A stretch of 32,000 nucleotides of DNA from Methanopyrus kandleri AV19 (GTDB taxonomy: Archaea > JAADCQ01 > Methanopyri > Methanopyrales > Methanopyraceae): the NCBI RefSeq assembly GCF_000007185.1, contig NC_003551.1:1290001-1322000 (forward strand), in the 5' to 3' direction. This document shows, piece after piece, positions 26,132-32,000 of this stretch. Position numbers and translations under genes: made by a program. The notes beneath the pieces were generated by a model that ran no database searches, was not told the origin of the DNA, and saw only the letters and a list, made by a program, of their open reading frames with translations. Every line of letters starts with the position of its first letter. Position 1 is the first letter of the stretch.

Positions 26132-27613
26132 TCACCCGGGGTCGGGGACCGCGTACTTCGCGTATCGACGCGTGTACTCCTCGCACATCCTGGTGACGTC
26201 GAACCTCCGGGCCTCCCTCGTTGCCGTGTACGACATCCGGAGGAGGGCCTCCGGGTCTTGGAGCAGTTCCAGGAGGGCCCGTGCACCGGCCTCGTGGTCC
26301 TCCGCCGGGAACGTCCGTCCTATCCCTTCCTTGACGATGTAGGGGACCGCGCCCACCTCGGACGCCACCACGGGACACCCGGTGCTCATCGCCTCGAGGA
26401 GGGCCATGGGGAGCCCCTCGGACCTGCTCGAGAGCACGAACACGTGGAACTTGTGGTAGAACCGCAGGATCTCCTCCGGAGACTGGGATCCGTGGAACTT
26501 CACGACACGCTCCAGCCCCCGCCGCTCTACGATCTCCCGACACCTCTCGTAGTGCTCCCGGTCATCGATGGGTCCGACCACGTGGAACCGGACCCTGTCG
26601 TGTCCCATCTCCTTGGCGACCCTCGCCGCCATCCGGACGAACACGTCGATCCCCTTGATGGGTTCGACCCGGGCGACCGTCCCCACGTGGAGTCTGTCCG
26701 CCTCGCGGAACTTCCTCTCCACGTCCGAGGGCGGTGGAAACCTCCAGGTCTCGATCCCCGAGTAGATCACGTCGATGCGGTCCTCCGGCGCACCCTGCTT
26801 CACGGCGTGCTCCCGGTGGTAGTCGGAGATCGCCAGGATCTCGTCGCAGTACCGGTAGGAGGTCTCGATCATCGACTCGAAGCACCGCCGGTACAGCTCC
26901 CGGGCTACGTCCCCGAGTCCCTCGAGGCGTGTGTCCAGCTCTCGGATCAAGACGCCGTGCTCCGTGATGATGTACGGGGTTCCTTTGACGGCCTTCCTGA
27001 TGGCGCACAGGAAGCCACACACGCCGCAGTTCTGCGGGTGAGCCACGTCGCACTCGGGCATGTGGCGGACGCCCGATGCCGCCCCCATGACGAAGGAGCA
27101 GACGTTCGACACCGCCCAGTACAGGTCGCTGAACCGCTCGTCCGAACCCAGCTGGTCCTCCACGTACCGGGCCAGCGTGTACACCGTCGGTCCTTCCAGT
27201 ACTTTCACAGGATTCTCCGAGACCTCGTACAACCGTTTCAGCATCTCCTCCTCCAGCGGCTCGCCCTCCAGTATATACTCGAAGGCCCGCTCCAGGACGC
27301 GGAAACCCCTGGGAGCCCACTCACCTCGGCGTCCCAGCAGCCACCGGATCCTGTGAACCGGGAACACGCGGGCCGCCCAGCGGCGCTTCCCCATCCGTCT
27401 CGGTACCAACTCTCGGACGACCACGTCCCGGACGTTCTCCGGGATGTCCACGACCGGCTCCGTCTTCCCCGGGGGCGCCAGGCAGAGCACGTTGAACCTG
27501 ACGTTCGGGGAGTGCTCGATGAGACGCTGTACCCAGGTCGTGACTCCCCCGAGCGCGATGGGATACGTTCCCTCCGTTACGATGGTGACCTCGGGCCCAC
27601 CCAACATGATCAC
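26132..27613 (-). CDS. pelF: PelF-like GT4 family glycosyltransferase
   Basis: VTIVTEGTYPIALGGVTTWVQRLIEH (PelF N-term EGTYPYxxGGVSxW), central VGTVARVEPIKGIDVFVRMAARV, SRSEGLPMALLEAMSTGCPVVASEVGAVPYIV (GT4 C-terminal signature). Confidence 0.85.
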   Translation of the reverse strand: MIMLGGPEVTIVTEGTYPIALGGVTTWVQRLIEHSPNVRFNVLCLAPPGKTEPVVDIPENVRDVVVRELVPRRMGKRRWAARVFPVHRIRWLLGRRGEWAPRGFRVLERAFEYILEGEPLEEEMLKRLYEVSENPVKVLEGPTVYTLARYVEDQLGSDERFSDLYWAVSNVCSFVMGAASGVRHMPECDVAHPQNCGVCGFLCAIRKAVKGTPYIITEHGVLIRELDTRLEGLGDVARELYRRCFESMIETSYRYCDEILAISDYHREHAVKQGAPEDRIDVIYSGIETWRFPPPSDVERKFREADRLHVGTVARVEPIKGIDVFVRMAARVAKEMGHDRVRFHVVGPIDDREHYERCREIVERRGLERVVKFHGSQSPEEILRFYHKFHVFVLSSRSEGLPMALLEAMSTGCPVVASEVGAVPYIVKEGIGRTFPAEDHEAGARALLELLQDPEALLRMSYTATREARRFDVTRMCEEYTRRYAKYAVPDPG

Positions 27614-28033
27614 CCGGTATTCATTACTGAAAATACAGCTCGATAATGTACATTTCCCATATGGGTTACATTAGCTAACGTTAACTCACTCGAGCATTGA
27701 CGGAACTAACATCTTGAAAACATCAGCCGGTCGGATCGTCGGCCGACACGGGCCTCTAGATGATACCCGATACGGCACGCTGTCTCTGGGTCCACGGAGC
27801 GAGGGAGGGTATCCTTCGACGTGTACACGGGTCACCGATCGCGCGGATAGAATCCTCGTCCCGTTAACGATACCCAACTTTCTGCTACGTTAAACCAACG
27901 TGATCGGGTTGAGTATCACGTGACGGTAGGATGACCGCAGGTAGTGTGTATCCGTTCATAAGACGCCCGCACCCTACGGTCCGGTGGTAGGTTGGGAAGG
28001 CCGTCCACGGCTCGGACCGGGACGCACGAACCG

Positions 28034-28380
28034 TCACGACTCCGACGTCAGCTTCCGGGCCAGTCCCTTCGCGTCCTTCACGGTCAGCGGTATGTACCCG
28101 CGACCCCTCAGGTGCACCCTGACCGTCTCGGCCACGACCCGCGTGGTGCCTTCCGTCCGCTCGGTGGTCCTCCATCGTGACCACTTCCGCTCCCTCGATC
28201 AACTGTCGCGGTATCTCCTCACCGCGTTTGAAGAACCCGTAGTCCCGCACGATGACCAGCCGATCCGGCTCGACCCGGACGTGACTGCACAGCAGGTACG
28301 TCAGGATCGGTAGCCCCCTGGAGGATCGGCGCGGATAGTCCCACCTCGAAGTACCAGCTGGCCGTAATGCCGAACTTCAC
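28034..28380 (-). pseudogene. decayed small ORF of unknown family
   Basis: Sense-like segments in successive frames: VKFGITASWYFEVGLSAPIL / GLPILTYLLCSHVRVEPDRLVIVRDYGFFKRGEEIPRQLIEGAEVVTMEDH / TTERTEGTTRVVAETVRVHLRGRGYIPLTVKDAKGLARKLTSES*. Confidence 0.4.
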
Positions 28381-28568
28381 GAGCTTCGCGAGCGTGATGA
28401 CAGGCTACCCACCGTCGCGACGCGGTACAGCCGGATCCGGTTGCGACCGACGGCCCCGCCGTAGAACCGGTAGCACCTAGCGTTCAAATCCGTCCGAGGT
28501 ACGGTGCCGCGACCTTCATCCGTATTCCTCGATGTCTCGAAACCTTTAGAGGATGCTATCTCGAACCC

Positions 28569-28907
28569 TCACATCTCGCGGATCGCCCGGGCGAGTCCTT
28601 CGGTGTCCAGCACGGACAGCGCCAGTTTCTCACCGTCCACCGTCCTGAGGACCGCCGTGTCACCGAGGATCGTCACGTCGACGACCTCGTCGGACCGCAC
28701 GAACCTGGAGCGGAAGGGTTCCCACACATCGAGACCGTCCGGCCTCACGACGACCCTTCTCATGAACGAAGAGAACACCTCGAAGGCGCCCGGTACCGAC
28801 GCCGTTACGATCGCCACCCAGACGAAGAACCAGATGTACTCGGAGAGGGCCCTCGGCCCCTTGACCGACAGGATCAGGAACGAACAGGCGGCCATCGCGA
28901 TGGGCAC
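28569..28907 (-). CDS. small membrane protein with PH-like C-terminal domain
   Basis: 112 aa, TM segments followed by RRVVVRPDGLDVWEPFRSRFVRSDEVVDVTILGDTAVLRTVDGEKLALSV. Confidence 0.55.
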   Translation of the reverse strand: MPIAMAACSFLILSVKGPRALSEYIWFFVWVAIVTASVPGAFEVFSSFMRRVVVRPDGLDVWEPFRSRFVRSDEVVDVTILGDTAVLRTVDGEKLALSVLDTEGLARAIREM

Positions 28908-29236
28908 GGACGGCGCCAGGGCCTGGAAGGTTCCCCGAGGCCCGGGGGTCGTAGCTCGGGTACTCCGGCCACTCTACCCGCCTCATCCCGACCTCCGACT
29001 CCTCGCGGTGTCGGAACTACGGGCGTTACGTTTCGAACGATGCGGTGCGTCCGGATTCCAGCGGTCGTATGACGTCCTCGGGGTATGGTGCGTAGGACGT
29101 ACACGGACGGTACGCGGTGGATATCACCGACACCGTGTCCTGACCGGACCACCTCGGGCGCGGCGGCTGCCCGACGGGCGGCTCGTACACCACGACCTCT
29201 CACCAGTCCGTCTCCGGAGGTCGTCCACCAGGTCGG

Positions 29237-29530
29237 TCACGTCCGGACCTCCACGGCCTCTCGGAGGACGCCCCTCCACAGGGCCTCGTACTCCTCGGGA
29301 TCGACCACGTGCATCTCGATGGGGTGCGCCCAGGATTCCTCCAGACCCAGCTCGCGTTCGATCTCCGCGACGATCTCGGCGCGTTCGAGCGGTTTCTCGG
29401 GCGCGTTTCCGCTGACGATCACCACCCTGAGCCGGTCCCCTTCCACCGACGCGTACACCCTCGTACGCCCTCCGAGGAGGTCCCGGGCGACCTCCGCGAT
29501 CCGCTCGGCCCAGTACCTCCACCTAGTCAC
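29237..29530 (-). CDS. small nucleotidyltransferase-like protein
   Basis: 97 aa: ARDLLGGRTRVYASVEGDRLRVVIVSGNAPEKPLERAEIVAEIERELGLEESWAHPIEMHVVDPEEYE resembles the second half of MNT-type domains; the GS...DxD catalytic core is not evident. Confidence 0.45.
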   Translation of the reverse strand: MTRWRYWAERIAEVARDLLGGRTRVYASVEGDRLRVVIVSGNAPEKPLERAEIVAEIERELGLEESWAHPIEMHVVDPEEYEALWRGVLREAVEVRT

Positions 29531-29572
29531 GAACGGCCGGTACTCCGGGGGGACCTCGGCCGCGGTCCCGTG

Positions 29573-31555
29573 CTAGGGAACCTCGGAGAGCTTCCCGTCC
29601 AACCACATCACCAGGTTGTCCAAGGCGGCCTCATCGAGCTCCCTCAGGTACGTGGGCTCCGGTAGTTCACTCCCGTCCTCGATCAGGTCGTACTCTCGAT
29701 CGGTCCTGGGATCGTAGACCATCACGCGGGGCGCCCAGCCGCCGAAGGCGTCCTTCACGCCCCTGTACACCTCCTCGACCTCCTCGGGGTGCTCCGACGC
29801 GGTCTTTACGATCGAGCCCGCGCCGAGCACCGCCAGGAACGCCTCGGGGACGGCCTGTGCCGTCCTCCCCGCCACGGTGATCATCTCATAGAGCACGTCC
29901 TCGAACGCGGTGAGCCGGAGGGCCGCCACGGTCGCGTCCTCCTCGGAGAACCCGTACCGGTCCATCAGCCGCTCCGCCCGCCCCCTCACCTCGCATCGAC
30001 GCGCGAGCAGGAGGGCCACCGACAGGTCGGGGGCGTAGCTGGACAGGTACTGCCTGGCGATCAGGAACCCGCTTATACCCATGGCCTCGCACCCGACCAG
30101 TCCCACACCCACGGTCCCCACACCCAGCGCGCCCCGCCTGGCGGTCGCGACGTCCTTCAGGTCGTTGCAGCTCTCGAGCCTCCTGAACTCGACGCCGAGA
30201 CGGCCGTCCCTCCTGAGTCTCCTGAGCCCTTCGATGATCCTGTCCACGAGCGTCTCCGCCCTGTCCAGGAACGCGATCCTGTGCCGTCGGAGGTCGAGCC
30301 TCGTCAGGATCTCCAGGATCAACCCCACGTCCTTCTCCTTCCGCAGGTACAGTGGCAGCAGGTAAGCGCGCCACTCGCCGGACGCCTCCACCGAGACGCG
30401 AACCGACGGTCTCTCCAGCACGGGGCGGTTGGCGATCACCACGTACGCCCCGGGCAACCCGTAGTACTCGCCCAGCATCAGCTCGAGCGCCTTCTCCACC
30501 GAGTCGACCTCCGGTGCGAAGACGACCCCGCCACCGGTGGCGAGCGCGATCCAACCGCCGATACCGACCTCCTCACCCGTTCTCACCGCGTGATCCAGCT
30601 CGAGGAGGGCCCGCACGACCCTTACGCGTCCTTTACCCTTAACGCTCTCGATCCACTCCTCCAAGCGGCTCTCGACGACCTCACGGACCTTCTCGGCGTA
30701 GTCCCCGAACACGACGTCCCGGAGCTTCCCCCTGGTATCCTCGCTCGGGTTACGGTCCAGGGCCGCCCAGACCGTGCTCAGGTGGACGAGCCGGCCACCC
30801 AACGACTCTCTCAACGAGTCGCGCACGATGCCCTCCTTGACCTCCGCCAGGAGCGATCGGACGAGGCCGTGGTGGGCGTCGTCCAGGACCACCAACGACC
30901 CGCTCAGGACCTCGCGGAGCCTGTCGACGCTCATGTGAGGTTCCTCACCCTCCTCCCGCATGGCCCGCTCGCGCGATTCGACGAACCGGGGTAGGTCCCC
31001 GAGCTTACGGTAGGTCAGCAGGACGACGCCGCGTTTCACCTTCCTGGCTCCGACCATGAAGTTGTGATCCCTGACCACGTCGCAATCGCCGCACCGCTCC
31101 CAGGTGCACGGGCCCTCCACGTACTCGCGAAGACGCTCGAAGTAACCCCAACGCCCGAGCTCCATCGGGTCCCCGTCGGCGCGTCTGTACACCTCTTCGT
31201 AGAACTCGGGGGTACACTTGGGCAAACTGGAGAGTTTCGGATCTTCTCCGAAGTTCTTCAGGAACTCGCTCACGGGTATCTCGCACTCGTAGTCACCGAG
31301 ATCCTTCAACCGGAGGACGTCGGAGGAGCCCGAGAGCTTGTCCCTCAAGACCCGCTCGACGTCGTCCAGGAGCGGCTCGGGGGCGACGTAGAAGCATATA
31401 TAGGACGCCTCCCCGGCCGTCAGCAGGTTCTCGACGACCCTACCGACCGTGTACGACTTCCCGACCCTCGAGGACGTTCCGCAATCCGGCATCCCCCACG
31501 CGACCGCCTCACCCCGGAGTGACGCGGAACGACGTCGCGATCCCGGGAAGGGCAC
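29573..31555 (-). CDS. divergent SF2 helicase-like ATPase (XPD/Rad3-like)
   Basis: P-loop-like GTSSRVGKSYTVGRVVENLL; cysteine cluster PKC...GPCTWERCGDC; VVLLTYRKLGDL; SLVVLDDAHHG (DEAH-box-like Walker B); late TVAGRTAQAVP. Exact start uncertain. Confidence 0.55.
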   Translation of the reverse strand: MPFPGSRRRSASLRGEAVAWGMPDCGTSSRVGKSYTVGRVVENLLTAGEASYICFYVAPEPLLDDVERVLRDKLSGSSDVLRLKDLGDYECEIPVSEFLKNFGEDPKLSSLPKCTPEFYEEVYRRADGDPMELGRWGYFERLREYVEGPCTWERCGDCDVVRDHNFMVGARKVKRGVVLLTYRKLGDLPRFVESRERAMREEGEEPHMSVDRLREVLSGSLVVLDDAHHGLVRSLLAEVKEGIVRDSLRESLGGRLVHLSTVWAALDRNPSEDTRGKLRDVVFGDYAEKVREVVESRLEEWIESVKGKGRVRVVRALLELDHAVRTGEEVGIGGWIALATGGGVVFAPEVDSVEKALELMLGEYYGLPGAYVVIANRPVLERPSVRVSVEASGEWRAYLLPLYLRKEKDVGLILEILTRLDLRRHRIAFLDRAETLVDRIIEGLRRLRRDGRLGVEFRRLESCNDLKDVATARRGALGVGTVGVGLVGCEAMGISGFLIARQYLSSYAPDLSVALLLARRCEVRGRAERLMDRYGFSEEDATVAALRLTAFEDVLYEMITVAGRTAQAVPEAFLAVLGAGSIVKTASEHPEEVEEVYRGVKDAFGGWAPRVMVYDPRTDREYDLIEDGSELPEPTYLRELDEAALDNLVMWLDGKLSEVP

Positions 31556-31838
31556 CCCCGTTATCCCGTAGGAAAATAATTGACCGACGACACCACGACG
31601 GACGCCGTCACGGGGGTGCCCGGCATCGAACGTCTCCGTATCCCGGCTCCCGACCCAGGGATCCCGCAGCCCGGGGGACCGGCGAAGGTGTCGTGACCGA
31701 CGTCCCGCCCGTTGGGGCGTCCGAACTGAAGGTGGGCCTCGGATCTAGAACGAACTGATGGGTGTAAGGGAGTAACGACCGAAGCCGACCCCGAAAAACG
31801 GTTAGTAACCTCGAAACGCTTCGACCGGTGGGAGCGGT

Positions 31839-32000
31839 TCACCCGAACAGGAACGACTCGACGAGAGCCTCGGCCTCCTCGTACTCGCCCTCGTCGAGCA
31901 ACTCCGAGAGGAGATCGGCGGGGTCGTACTCCGACCCGCTCTCCATGAGGACGAGAGCGTCCTCGAAGATCCTCCTCGCCTCGTCCAGCATCCTCAGGGC
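31839..32000 (-). CDS. C-terminal fragment of an acidic hypothetical protein, 5' end outside window
   Basis: Open minus frame ...ALRMLDEARRIFEDALVLMESGSEYDPADLLSELLDEGEYEEAEALVESFLFG*, stop at 31839-31841. Confidence 0.5.
   Translation of the reverse strand, partial: ALRMLDEARRIFEDALVLMESGSEYDPADLLSELLDEGEYEEAEALVESFLFG

Overview
GC-rich archaeal sequence. Gene content and the CRISPR repeat sequence resemble Methanopyrus (inference, no search run). The centrepiece is a nearly mirror-symmetric type III-B (Cmr) CRISPR locus at about 7.13-17.70 kb. A central divergent promoter region (11405-11474) drives cmr1-cmr4b-cmr6 leftward and cmr2-cmr3-cmr4a-cmr5 rightward. Each operon then runs into one arm of a ~534-bp inverted duplicated leader and an outward-facing CRISPR array: array 1 at 7217-7617 (5 repeats) and array 2 at 16914-17609 (8 repeats, plus decayed trailer repeats). 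Other notable points are two Cmr4 paralogues, an HD-less Cmr2/Cas10 with an intact GGDD, and frameshifts in cmr1 and cmr4b. The arrays also show graded repeat drift, a duplicated repeat end after the first repeat of array 2, and long spacers. No cas1, cas2 or cas6 is present. A CARF-domain protein (about 2.9-4.1 kb), an MNT-HEPN fusion and a PIN-like protein lie on the left. A decayed cmr1-like gene lies at 21.35-22.2 kb. The rest encodes secreted or surface proteins with a possibly shared C-terminal tail, a PelG/PelF-like pair, membrane proteins and a divergent XPD-like helicase. All homology calls were made by eye from motifs.
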